A stretch of DNA of 63,359 bases, filler included, from Octopus bimaculoides (taxonomy: Eukaryota): assembly GCF_001194135.2 (NCBI RefSeq). It is 5 parts of 5 records of this genome, joined end to end, with 100 filler letters (N's around TTAATTAATTAA, not from the genome) between each part and the next. Parts side by side here need not be neighbours in the genome. Positions count along the whole stretch, not along the records: positions 1 to 16,442 come from NC_068993.1; positions 16,543 to 29,947 come from NC_068995.1; 3 more parts are not named here. One strand, 5' to 3'. Every line of letters starts with the position of its first letter. The stretch's first letter is position 1. The translations under genes were made by a program, and so were the position numbers. Of this stretch, positions 14,512 to 26,822 are shown one piece after another. Under the pieces are notes generated by a model that saw only the letters and a list, made by a program, of their open reading frames with translations, had not been told where the DNA came from and made no database searches.

Positions 14512-15184
14512 TATATACATATATACATATTTATAAATATAAATACATATATCTACATACATATATATATATAAACACATGAACACAGATACTTACATGT
14601 ATTCGTACATAAGGCAACGAGATGGCAGAACCGTTAGCGTGTTAGATAAATGCTTAATGGAATTTCTACCATCACTTCATGTTCCGAATTCAAATCTCGC
14701 CGAAGTCATATTTATCTTACCTCCCCTCGGGATGATAAAATAGAGTAGCAGTCACGTACTGGATTCGTACTCCCATCATCACCACCATAAAAAAAACAAC
14801 AACAAACCAGAATGATGGTCTTCAACTCTGAGACAACCCAGTGTCTCCTTTCTTGAGAAATGCTGTGGTCTTGGTCACATATACGCCATGGGAACGGGTA
14901 ACCGGCCTAACGAGCTGCAAGGCTCGAGAAAAAAACATGTGTATTATATTAATATTTATTCATATACATTTGCGATAATTTGAAGGCCTTGATCTTTGCT
15001 GTATGTGTGTTTGTATTTGTAGTGTTGTTGGGTTACTGGTAGAAGAAATTTTGGTTGTGGGGATCTGTGACGGGGGTCGGGTTTGATCTGGTGATGATGG
15101 GAAGAGAAATGAAGGGCAAGGCAGAAGAGGTGAAAGTGTATGATGAAAAAGAAAAGAAAGTTGAAGATTAAGAATGGTAGGAGA

Positions 15185-15570
15185 AAGTTGTTGGCACTCC
15201 GTCGCTTACGACGTCGAGGGTTCCAGTTGATCCGATCAACGGAACAGCCTGCTCGTGAAATTAACGTGCAAGTGGCTGAGCACTCCACAGATACGTGTAC
15301 CCTTAACGTAGTTCTCGGGGATATTCAGCGTGACACAGTGTGACAAGGCTGACCCTTTGAATTACAGGCAAAACAGAAACAGGAAGTAAGTGTGAGAGAA
15401 AGTTGTGGTGGAAGAGTACAGCAGGGTTTGCCACCATCCCCTGCCAGAGCCTTGGGGAGCTTTAGGTGTTTTCTCTCAATAAACACTCACAGTGCCCGGT
15501 CTGGGAATCGAAACTGCGATCCTATGACTGCGAGTCCGCTGCCCTAACCACTGGGTCATTGCGCCTCCAC
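15185..15570 (-). mobile_element. tRNA-derived SINE family C
   Basis: The minus strand starts GTGGAGGCGCAATGACCCAGTGGTTAGGGCAGCGG..GTTTCGATTCCC (A/B boxes) and ends ..ggatcaactggaaccctcgacgtcgtaagcgacggagtgccaac. A related copy with the same 3' part but a different 5' part lies at 62778-63072(-). Confidence 0.8.
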
Positions 15571-16298
15571 AGAAGAAAGAAGAAGAAGAAGAAGAAGAAG
15601 AAGAAGAAGAAGAAGAAGAAGAAGAAGAAGAAGAAGAAGAAGAAGAAGAAGAAGAAGAAGAAGAAGAAGAAGAAGAAGAAGAACTGTATATACGAAATTT
15701 AACTTACAGCCAAGTGAATGATTGATTTAGAAATAGCAGCCAAATTTTCCTCACCCGTTTCGATAAGAGCTGGACACATTAAAGATTATCTAGATAGGCA
15801 ATTCCCGAGAGAAAGGCGTAAAGGTCATGTTTGGAGGAATATTGATTATAGGTCTTTTTCAATTGCCGTTAACTTGTTATTAAGCTACGATAAAAAGACT
15901 GATTCTCACTAAGACAAATCTTGAAGAAAGTGAGTGACGATGACGTTAGGTGGTGGTAGCAAATGTTCTAAGAACTATGCTCTATCGCCTTCTAAAGGAA
16001 GTCTGTAGCTTATAACGTAGTCCTGCATTGGTTATGTCTGAGGAAAATGTTTGGGAGGATGAATGGATGGGTGGATGGGTTGAGGAAATGAGTTCGATCA
16101 TAAACAAATCAAGGTTGATTGGAGCGAAGAAACATCATCATCGTCGTCGTCGTCGTCGTCGTCATCAATACCATCCTCCTAATCATCTTTATCAACATAG
16201 TCATCGTCATCATCATCACAACCATTCATTTGCTCCCTCCTCACCTTCCTCCTCCTCCCTACCATCATGTTCACCATTTTCCTCATCATCATCATCCA

Positions 16299-16330
<32 letters not shown>

Positions 16331-16486
16331 CCGTCATCATCATCATCAGTCAATATCATCATATTTCCCATCGTCATCTTCATCATCATTACCATCCTCC
16401 TCCTCCCTCGCCTCCTCCTCCCTCTCCTCCTCCTCCTCCTCCNNNNNNNNNNNNNNNNNNNNNNNNNNNNNNNNNNNNNNNNNNNN

Positions 16487-16498
16487 TTAATTAATTAA
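16487..16498. other. Artificial six-frame-stop scaffold linker TTAATTAATTAA inside N gaps (also 29992-30003, 44043-44054, 59396-59407)
   Basis: The identical 12-mer sits between N runs four times. It is palindromic and has TAA in all frames. Confidence 0.9.
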
Positions 16499-16567
16499 NN
16501 NNNNNNNNNNNNNNNNNNNNNNNNNNNNNNNNNNNNNNNNNNAATAATAATAATAATGATAATAATG

Positions 16568-16598
<31 letters not shown>

Positions 16599-16631
16599 CG
16601 ACAACAACAACAGCAACAACAATAACAATCA

Positions 16632-16975
16632 AGCAAAGTAGATGAAAGAAAGCTTTAAGCGAGAATATCTGAGAAATGCCAGGTTAAGTATTGGGAAATA
16701 GACTCAATAGAAAAAACAAAATCAGGGCAAAGAACACATGGGCAGATTTCTTAATGCGATACGGCACAGGTGTTGTTAGATGGACAAAGAACGGGCTTGA
16801 GGAAATGGCCAGGAAAATTAGAAAAGTGATGACAGTTAACAAAGAACTACACCCAAAAGGCGATACTGACAGACTATATGTGCCTAGAAATAGGGGTGGA
16901 AGAGGTCTCATAGGATGCAAAATCTGTGCTGTCAACGAGAACAATCTGGGATGGTACATCAAACTACTGAACAAT
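16632..16975 (+). mobile_element. R4/Dong-like LINE fragment (post-RT region)
   Basis: ORF 16691-16999 reads NKIRAKNTWADFLMRYGTGVVRWTKNGLEEMARKIRKVMTVNKELHPKGDTDRLYVPRNRGGRGL, which contains the typical LHPKxDxDRLYxPRxxGGRGL motif. Embedded in (TAA)n/(CAA)n repeats. Confidence 0.8.
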
Positions 16976-17653
16976 AATAATAATAATAATATGCCTTGAT
17001 GTAGTACCAGATATTGGCTCTCATAACTTCTGATGTTAATTGATTGGAAGTGTTATCATATACATTATTTTGTCTCGGTATAAATGTTTTACTCAATACT
17101 TAAGATTTGCTTGTCAGTTGTTTGACCATAACCAGTTGAGCATGTCCTTTGGTGGCTGACGATATGTGCATCTCTGATTCAAGATCCATTTGAGTTGGAT
17201 GGGCTATTCGACGTCAAGCAAATTCTACATGGTCATTATCGTGATATGAGATCACTATGTCGCGCACATGTGGTTGTAATGCATGTACCTGGTGTACCCT
17301 TATCAGACCNNNNNNNNNNNNNNNNNNNNNNNNNNNNNNNNNNNNNNNNNNNNNNNNNNNNNNNNNNNNNNNNNNNNNNNNNNNNNNNNNNNNNNNNNNN
17401 NNNNNNNNNNNNNNNNNNNNNNNNNNNNNNNNNNNNNNNNNNNNNNNNNNNNNNNNNNNNNNNNNNNNNNNNNNNNNNNNNNNNNNNNNNNNNNNNNNNN
17501 NNNNNNNNNNNNNNNNNNNNNNNNNNNNNNNNNNNNNNNNNNNNNNNNNNNNNNNNNNNNNNNNNNNNNNNNNNNNNNNNNNNNNNNNNNNNNNNNNNNN
17601 NNNNNNNNNNNNNNNNNNNNNNNNNNNNNNNNNNNNNNNNNNNNNNNNNNNNN

Positions 17654-17691
<38 letters not shown>

Positions 17692-17693
<2 letters not shown>

Positions 17694-17804
17694 ATGATAC
17701 ACCAGAAAACAGAGTTATTAGGGACAGCTAGGATTCTTGGCCTCTAAGGTTACTCGTTGTAGCCTGATGTTAGGAATTTTTATTTCCCCACAGCGTGAGC
17801 TGTT

Positions 17805-17880
<76 letters not shown>
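17692..17880 (+). mobile_element. R4/Dong-like LINE 3' end with (TAA)n tail
   Basis: IHQKTELLGTARIL resembles the terminal QKxxLLGTARIL motif. It is followed by a short 3' UTR and (TAA)n/(TGA)n. Confidence 0.65.
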
Positions 17881-17887
<7 letters not shown>

Positions 17888-17889
17888 TG

Positions 17890-20800
17890 TATCAATCACA
17901 AGGGTATACATTAAAAAAACATTATGGACAATACAGGACAAAACAAAGAGTGTGTTTTTGTGAGGGTTCTGCGTGTAAACAAGACTAACAAAATTTTTAA
18001 GAAAAGAAAGAAAAAGCAGTTAACAATGTGTAATCCTCAATAGGGAGGCGACGTTCGAGGGCTGTTCGTGGAAAAACCCCATAAAAGAACCATGGGTACT
18101 TAGGTGCTTTTCTTCCTCTCCTTTTTTTCCCAACTACAGGTGTATGCTCACTCGTACCATTCTCGCCACTTTCATCCACCTTTCAGCAAACTGGCAAGAA
18201 GACAACACTTCCCTCTTATTTTCTTGGCTAGAAGACAACACTTCCCCCTTATTTGCCTTTTCATGTGAGACTTGAAGTTCATCAGAGATTGGCTAAAGAG
18301 AAAATTATTTGTCTCCAGCTCCTTCAATCTCATCCACCATGGCCACCAGGCATATAAAAACAGCCTTTCCTTTCCTGCTAAAGGAAGGCGGCGGGGCGAT
18401 CTTCACAATGGATACCAGTTGGCAGCCGGATCCGTGCCACACGTGACAGCAGGTGTTTGACATAAATCCACAGGTCAGCAATGCTCAGGCACTGGATGAG
18501 TGCATGCATGCTTGTCTCGTCATCCTGCATGCATCTCGGACATGCATGACGGCACTTCTGTGCCTGTAAAGTTTATCTCGAGTAGGCAAAGTTCCCCAGT
18601 AGCACTGACAGGCCAGAGATTTTTGTAAATTATCCATCGGTCACGGCCCGAAACTTCTCCGGAAGAGAGTGACTAGGTTATCTTCTTCGACACCCAAAGT
18701 CTCTCCAAGAACGTCGTCGCACTTTTCCTCCACTAATCCTCTATAAATAGCTAAAGAGGACGTTTCACCTACCGTACTGTCCGATTGGCTGATGGCTGTG
18801 AGTGCCTGGAGACATTCCGCTTTGCAAATGCTCGCGCTCGGTATCTGTTTCTCTCGGCTCATTTATGAGTGAGAGTAGTCATCCTGCTCGTTATCTCGTC
18901 CTGGTTTTGTCCATTTGGAGGTCCAGACCAAACCGAGCAATTCAACCGGTCCAGGTGCCGAGCCGCAAGCCCATTGATTTTTCCTGGTTAATTGTAGCTC
19001 CTGACGTCGCCTCGTAGTCCCCGAGAGCTGTGCCGATCATTTCTATGAGTTTATGATCCGACACCATTACGGTGACGACGTCGGCATATGCCGACACGCG
19101 CCTCCCACATCCTATGCCAAGCAGGATGCCTCTCAAAACCTCTAGTTTATGCAATAGTGGCTCGAGGGTCAATACGTACAAGAGAGACGAGAGAGGCAAC
19201 TTTTCCGGATCGAGCGCATGATGTTGAACGGGTCTGAGAGGTGACCGTTCAATCTGACCACTGAACAGATGTCGCTGTGCATTGCATAGATACAGGCCCG
19301 AAACCTTTAGGACCGCCGCCAGGTATAGATGGTCGAAAGCTTTAGACTGATCTGAATTGATCAGGACCCCACCTGAGCCAGCTTCTTTAGACACTTTCTC
19401 AATGACACATCGCATGAGATGGAGGTTGTCGTGGATAGATCTATTGGGGATGGCACATATCTGTGCCTCCCCTACCAGATCCCCGACGACAAGCGCCAAC
19501 CTCGCAGCAAGGCCAAAAGTTTGAACTCTGCATTCAGCAAAGTTATGGGCCTAAAGTTGTCATTACAATCCTCCTTGTTCGGGTTTATTCTCAGCAACGC
19601 CACCGCCCCTCGGCTCACAAAACTGGGAATTCTCCCATTCTGTTGCCAGTTACTGTAAACGCTTGCTAAGAGGTCATCGAACAAATCTGGCATGTAAGCG
19701 TAAAGCTCGCAGGGCAGAACATCCAAACCAGGTGATTTATCCCTCGTGCAGCTAGACATTGCTTCCCGTATTTCAAAAGCTGTTATCGACCTTTCGTAGC
19801 GCTTCACCTCTGTCGCCGAGGGCCATGACAACCCGTCGAGGTAGGACGTGAAATCCATCCTGTAACCCGGCTTACTGTTGCTCCCGAAGAGTCGAACGAA
19901 GCGCCGCTGAAAAGCCACACACATCTGTCTCGGATCAGTTATCATTTGCTCTCTGTTGTTTGGCAAGGATCAGATCGTGAATTTATTGTCATGCCCCTGT
20001 CTATGAAGCCTATTTGAGTCGACTGTACAGATCATGAATTTATATACTGTGTCGTCAACTACTTTAAACTGTGGACAATCTATGCTATCCTTATCTGCTA
20101 CTCTACAGAATATCCTATCTAGATACGATCTGCATGACCGATGCGGTTTGACCAGGTTCACACTGGCACACTCTGGAAATCCATTCGATACCTGTCAGAC
20201 ATTTGGAATCGTCTGAGTAGATTTTTTGCATCCTCTTCTCCTATCTGCTAAACATACACAGTCCCACCTTAAATCTAAAACTCCATTCCAATACCTCACT
20301 AACACTAAAGAGCAGGACGTTCCCAGGAAAGTTTCCAGGCGTCTGAAGAAATCTGGTCATCCTGCCCCTCTAGGGGCATAGACAGCTACTAGTCTGAAAT
20401 TATATTCTTCGCTGCCTGTCACGTTCAGGACCACCGACTTATCTTCCGGATGCACGAAGATCGTCCTTATTGTAAGGTCCAGGTTTTTTCTGAACCATCA
20501 TGGCGACTTCGCCTCCCTGTCCCAGACGACTCGGAGATGCATACACCTCATATTCACCGAAAATAAGTCGGAAGTCTCATGAGTCGGAAATTTTGGTTTC
20601 ACTAATGGCTACCACGTCGACATTCAGTTCTCTGAGGTCTTTAAGCAGGTGATCTTGCTTCCAAGGCGACCCCAGGATACATACATTCACGCTGCCTATT
20701 CTGTACACGATTATGTTGTCAGAAAAAGAAAAGAAAAGGAAAACTTACTTGGTTTTCTTTGGCGGGGAGGATTGCCCGTCTCTCCTGTTGGCTTGGGGTG

Positions 20801-22540
20801 TTTCCAACAGTAAATCACCAAGAATTCTTTTGGTGATATTCCCTCGAAAATCTCCGATTTCCTGTGGAAATTCGTTTATTAAGTGTGTACGTGTTTTGGA
20901 TTGTTTAAATGATTTGTATGCGTGCAGGCAGGCTGATTGTGGATGTGGCAAAATCTTTTCGTGTAATGTTTGTGTGTGTTATGTACTTCATTAATTCATT
21001 GTTTCTTTTTTGTGCTTATTGCCACGTAGTTTGTAATGTTAGTGTCTTTAATCTGTGTTTGTTGTTGTTGTTGTGGTTGTTGTTGTTGCTGTTGTGGTAG
21101 TGGTTATGGTTGTGGTTGTAATTGTTGTTGTTGTGGTTGCGTGAGTGGGATAGCTTGTGTTTCAGCTGTTAGAGGTGGTGGTGTCGACGCAGTGTTTGTT
21201 TTGGGTGTATTTGTTTTTGTTGCTTTGATTATTTTTATTCTGCTTCTTGTGTAGATAAGGATTGTTGTTGTTTGTCCATATGCTTGCTTTTCTTTCACTC
21301 CTCATCGCAGTCCGACGTTCCATATTTGATGTCCAGCCGCCCTGCATCGGGAAGTGGAATACCTTCGAGTGCTGAGAAGTGTTTGGGGAAACTCGGTGTT
21401 GGTATGGTTATTGGTGTTGGTGTTGGTGGTGCCACAGCTGAATCTGTTAATGGTTATGGTGCTGCTGCTGTTGTCGCTGGAGTTCTGGTGGCCGTTATTG
21501 GTGTAGGGAGGGGGGTGCCCGTCTCTCATTTTCCTTCAGTCTAGGGCAGCGGGCTTTTAAACAGTAAATTGAAAAGCGAACGTGGCACTTTGCTTTCGTT
21601 CTATCGACCCTGACTGGAATTATGCTGACCTCAGGAAGAGATCCACATTCTTTTGTGTTGTTTGTATGTAGAGTTCTATGGTCATCCTCGATCAGTTCTA
21701 CTTTTTGGTGTGATAGGCTTCGAGGATTTTCAAGTTTTCCTCGATGTCTATCGTCACTGCAGCAATTAGCCAAGGAATTGCTATTTCTGGCGGCACCTGT
21801 TGAATTATTATTTTGGCCAGTCTCTGACCTCAATAGAAACGAACTAACAACAGATCCTCTCTTTTGAGGGGATTCAGAAAGTGATGTTTGGCTTCTTCTT
21901 CGGTGTGGAATCGAACGTCCATCATTCCATAGGCCCTTCCTCTTTGTAATACTCTTTTAGATTCCAGATGGAACCTAAAGCTTTTTGTATTTGAGCCTCT
22001 GTGGCTCTTTCCACCCTCCTTCATTTTAACCCGATTGTGCGGTACGTCACTGTGCAACGTATCGTATCCTGGATTGTTTCAAATGGGGTATTTAACTTTA
22101 CAGCTATTCTGTCTCTCTCCGCTAGATGTCTAGCGTATTCAAGTTCCTCTACAGAGAAGATATGATTTGGCCACTCTAGCGGAAGAAGGTTTTGAAAAGC
22201 TGTTCCAAGCCGATGCACCGGTTTGTATCTCAGCTCCTTCATTGCCATTGTCATTGTTGTTGTTATTTTTGTTGCTGCCGTCGTTGCTTTTGTTGTTGTT
22301 GTTGTTGTCGTCTTTGTTATTGTCATTGTTGTGGTTGTTGATGGTGCTGCTGTTTTTGTTGTTGCTGCTGTTGTTCTTGCAGTTATTGTTACTTGTACAG
22401 AACTCGATCGTTGCTTCGCTCACGGAAGGGTTCTCATGGTTTACATTTTCGAAATTGTATTTATTTCGAAACATCTCATAAACGGAACCTTTGCTTTTCC
22501 AAAGATTTTCTAAGAGATCCTTCTCGAAAAAATAGGCTCC
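17890..22540 (-). mobile_element. Near-full-length decayed L1/Tx1-clade LINE (ORF1 + APE endonuclease + RT + CCHC)
   Basis: APE start VYRIGSVNV..KDLRELNVDVVAISETK near 20710-20590. RT: KSPGLD.LPCELY, FRPITLLNAEFK (19472-19966), RSIHDNL, DQSKAFD, PLS.LLYVL.LEP, AYADV (18942-19499). C-terminal CPRCMQDDETSMHALIQC at 18489-18542. ORF1-like region ~21000-22450 with (AAC)n expansions. Many stops and frameshifts; both ends are approximate. Confidence 0.9.
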
Positions 22541-22704
22541 GTTGGCCTTTTTTTTTTTTTTTTTTCAACAAAAATACTACTATTGTCTGTTGTTTTTTCC
22601 AGCCCCAAGTCGCTTCGTACGCATGCACTCTCTCTCATTGGCATTTCGTGACGCTCCTCACTTTTTCTCCCTGTCTCTGACATATGAGCGTCACCGCGTT
22701 TTGT

Positions 22705-22768
22705 TGCATTTTTTTCTGCGCTTTCCCCACGAACATGGGTTCGTGGGGAAAGCGCAGAAAAAAATGCA
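22705..22768. repeat. Perfect 30-bp inverted repeat with 4-nt loop
   Basis: TGCATTTTTTTCTGCGCTTTCCCCACGAAC-atgg-GTTCGTGGGGAAAGCGCAGAAAAAAATGCA. Confidence 0.95.
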
Positions 22769-22942
22769 GTTGACCTAACCACCAAATCTGGGGAACAAAT
22801 AGGAAAATAAACTCACAACTCGAGAGCAAATAACTTGTTGTCCTCGATAATATAATTTAGAAGGGTGCAAATACACTATTATATGTTTTTTCCTTGTAAA
22901 ATTCACGGAGCGCAGTCAAGCGTAGCTTGCCAGGCTGATGGC

Positions 22943-22994
<52 letters not shown>

Positions 22995-23036
22995 GTAATA
23001 ATAATAATAATAATAGAAATAATGATAATAATAATA

Positions 23037-23080
<44 letters not shown>

Positions 23081-24244
23081 AACCAAACGAGGAAGAACAG
23101 CGGACGAATAATCATAAATCCTATAAAATAGTTGATTTATGAGTCACACACACACACACACACACTACTATGCAATACCCCTCCAAGAGCACAAGAATAA
23201 ACGCATACTGTAAATACTCAACAAAATGGAAAAAGAACCACGGTATGTGCCATAGAAGGCCGATAACCGACAGAAGAACACAACCTGCGCTACACAAGCA
23301 ATACAAAATATAGAAATCAATACAACAGAAGACTCAAACGAAATCCCATAACAAAACGTACTGATACAATACAATATCACCTCACCTCGCAGCAGACACC
23401 ACCCCACCAGCATAAAGGTTCAACAAATGATGCAATAGAAAGTTGATTGAAAGTTTCAGATATCGAAAAATAATAGTGGTGATGGCGATGGTGACGAACG
23501 TTACCTTATCTCAGTTTATGACAGACAGGAGTTTCCTAAGAAGCTGATCCTTTGAGGGAAGGGCTCTCGCTCGGCAGTGGTTCAGTAACGATGCAGACTG
23601 ACCACAGCTGTTATCCTAATGCAGCATCAGCAGATAATAGTGCACGGAGGAGGAAGTGCACAGCGCAGAAAAGAGGAATGCAATGCAGTGCTACTTAGAA
23701 AGGAAACCTAAAAGAAGGGGCTATAGAAAACGGATGTTAACACTTTGGGTAGAGAAGGGTAGGTTTAAAGTGACTGAGCGGAGATTAGTTGATCAAGCTA
23801 ATACTATTTGGAGAAGAAAGTAGATGACAGAATTGGAGGTTGAAGAGATCACAAAAAAAAAAAAAAAGAAAGACCAAGCAGTAGGAAAGATATACAAGGA
23901 AAAACTAATAGCACTACCAATAAGGAAGAGACAAGTCGCACCAACGACTTAAGTGATTTAAGTGAGGAAGATCAGTCAAATAACTACTTGAAAATAAATA
24001 GATGCAAATGCAATTGCGAGATGGCTATACAGGAGAAACCAAGTATGTTGTAAATTGGCTGTAGAAATAAAAAAAATATGCAGGTGGCTGTGTGGTAAAA
24101 AACTTGCTTCCCAACCATATGGTTCCGAGTTCAGTCCTGCTGCGTGGCATCTTGGGCAAGTGTCTTCTACTGTAGCCTCGGGCCGACCAAATCATTGTGA
24201 GTGGGTTTGGTGGACGGAAACTGAAAAGAAGCCTGTCGTATACA

Positions 24245-24286
<42 letters not shown>

Positions 24287-24936
24287 TGTGCATGTGTGTG
24301 TATCTGTGTGTATTTGTGTCTGTGTTTGTCCCCCCACCATCGCTTGGCAACCGATGTTGGTGTGTGTAAGTCACTGTAACTTAGCGTTTCGGCAAAAGGG
24401 GCGTACAAAATAGGCTTACAAAGAATAAGTCCTGGAGTTGATTTGTTCGACAAAAGGCGGTGCTCCAGCATGGCTGCAGTCAAATGACTGAAACAAGTAA
24501 AAGAATGTATTAATCTCCGTATTTATTGTATTTGCCTTGGATATACACTCCATAAAATATTTATAATCCAGTGAAGCGAACCCAGGATTTACCTATCGAA
24601 TGAAATTTATTGAGATTATCAACCGTAACTAATCCTAGGTGCTCTTTGTAACTTGATGCGGTTAGCCAACATTTGGGTTATAACTAAGTGCTTGAACGGT
24701 AACTGCTTGGATAATTTATCCCTAGCTATTTATTGTGTGTGTGTGTGTGTGTGTGTTTGTGTGTGTTGTCTGTGTATGTATTTTTGTATATAAATAGATA
24801 GATAGTAAGACAGACAGACGGACAGACAGACGGACAGACTGTCTGTCTTACTATCTATATAAATAGATAGTAAGACAGACAGACGGACAGACAGACAGCT
24901 AGACAGACAGACAGACAGACAGACAGATAGACAGAC

Positions 24937-24975
<39 letters not shown>

Positions 24976-25631
24976 AAGCATCGAAATATGTCTTCATTAC
25001 TATTTTTACCAACAAAATTTCTTTGTTGCTACAAATATATATATATTATTATGGAAGTAATTAACAATTTTGAACGAAATGGAAGTGAAGTAAAATGCCA
25101 TATAAATTAGTAAGTAAAATGCCATATAAATTGACCTAAATCCGTGTCACCTTCATTTCTTGTGAGCGTGACACTGTCAATCGTAGAAGGTCAAGAACGA
25201 GTATACAAAAAACACTTATAAATGTTAGCATGTATTGGATGATATAACATTTTTTATTGCTTTTCAGAGGTCATGATATCTCACTATGCTTAACTTAGCT
25301 GTCAACATTTGTTTTCAATTAACATATTTTTAAAGATACCTAATAGTAAAATAATACGCTATGAATTTCATTTCATGGTTACTTTGAATTTTCTTTTCAT
25401 AATTTTCATTTGAATTCACTTTTAAAGTAATTGTATTCAAAATCAAGGATAATAGATTGCTTTGACACTGTGCAGGATATGACTCGCTTTGGCATTATAC
25501 TATTAGCAAAGACTCAAAAAATATTGGTTTCAAATTTTGGCACAAAGCCAGCAATTTCGAGTAAGTGGGTTCGTCGATTACATTGACTCCAGAACTCAAC
25601 TGGTACTTAGTTCATCAGGATGAAAAGCAAA

Positions 25632-25990
25632 GTTTACAAATGTGAGGTGAAGTAGGTACCTAGCTTACAAATGGTGAAGGCAGGTACACAAAAATACGTG
25701 TTCATTGGTAGCACCGAGACACCATGGAAAATCATCTGCGTAACCATCTTACATCATTTTCCAATATAAATAAAAGGCATTCAACATCACTATCGAACCG
25801 CGTCTGGAAGCTCAAACAGAATAGAGTGGAAGATGTGACTCACGTAATATACCCTTTACACTGCACCATACAACGGAGCATCACGTGTGTGCAACTTACG
25901 CCAAGAAGAAACTCTGGAAATTTTCACATCCAGAAAAAAAAGCTATAAATTGACACTCCGAGGTGATTTCCGGAATTTGAAATGAAACAT
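25632..25990 (+). mobile_element. Penelope-like element, GIY-YIG endonuclease fragment
   Basis: VYKCEVK*...KYVFIGSTETPWK (25632-25730), then a frameshift into LRNHLTSFSNINKRHSTSLSNRVWKLK, and later CNLRQEETLEI. This follows the PLE pattern VY...YIGxT...xNHxxSF...TxLSxxxWxLK...CxLCxxEK. Confidence 0.75.
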
Positions 25991-26211
25991 TTTGAAACTG
26001 AATAACATAAGCCACAATTAGCATATGATATAACAAGAAGGAACACAAACAAATGAACAAACTAACCAATATTTTGAATGCTATATACTATACTACCGGA
26101 AACAATTAAAAGGTCACCCTAAGAAACTATCATTCAGACAATGAACCCCAAGAGCTGATGACTGTAGTGGCTGTACCGGCTGACCTGTTTATTTCAGAAT
26201 TCATTGAATAT

Positions 26212-26822
26212 AGAAACATTATTATTTCTAAATCTTTCAAAGAGAGATATTCAGTAGCAGTTCTATAAAGTAAAGCCTATTTGCCAACATAATGTGGCTG
26301 TCCTGGATGGGACGATTGTTATTGTTGTTTAGCTCCGGGAAACATCGTTTCCAGCTCTCTATACGACACATTACCTGTGTCCTTATATTTTCGAACAGGG
26401 AGCCCAGCACTCCATCCACTACGAAGCAACATCTATGGACCGGTTTCTGGGTTATTGCTCTTTATCAGCACAGAATATCCGCCTGGTACAGTGGCGTTGC
26501 TGAATTCCCTTTCGAAAATATATAGTTTTCAAGGTGACACACAATTACTGATCTAATAAATAGAAACATTATTATTTCTAAATAATAATGCCACATTAAA
26601 GAACTGTTACAGAATATCTCTCTTTGAGAGTAGCTACTTTGTGGTGATAAAGAGCAATAACCCAATGTGGTGGATGGAGGTGCTGGGCTCCCTGTTCGAA
26701 AATACAAGGACACAATTATTGTGTCGAATAGCCAGCTGGAAACGATGTTTCCTGTGGCTAAACAACAGTAACAATCGTCCCATCTATGACAGCCACATTC
26801 TGTTGGCAAATAGTCTTTACTT
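26212..26822. repeat. ~200-bp repeat in inverted pair plus short direct repeat, downstream of the Penelope fragment; third copy at 27491-27700
   Basis: 26268-26470 (+) is the reverse complement of ~26643-26822 (aagtaaagcctatttgccaac...gggttattgctctttatca). The block tagaaacattattatttctaa occurs at ~26212 and ~26561. A more diverged + copy starts at the gap edge, 27491. Confidence 0.8.
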
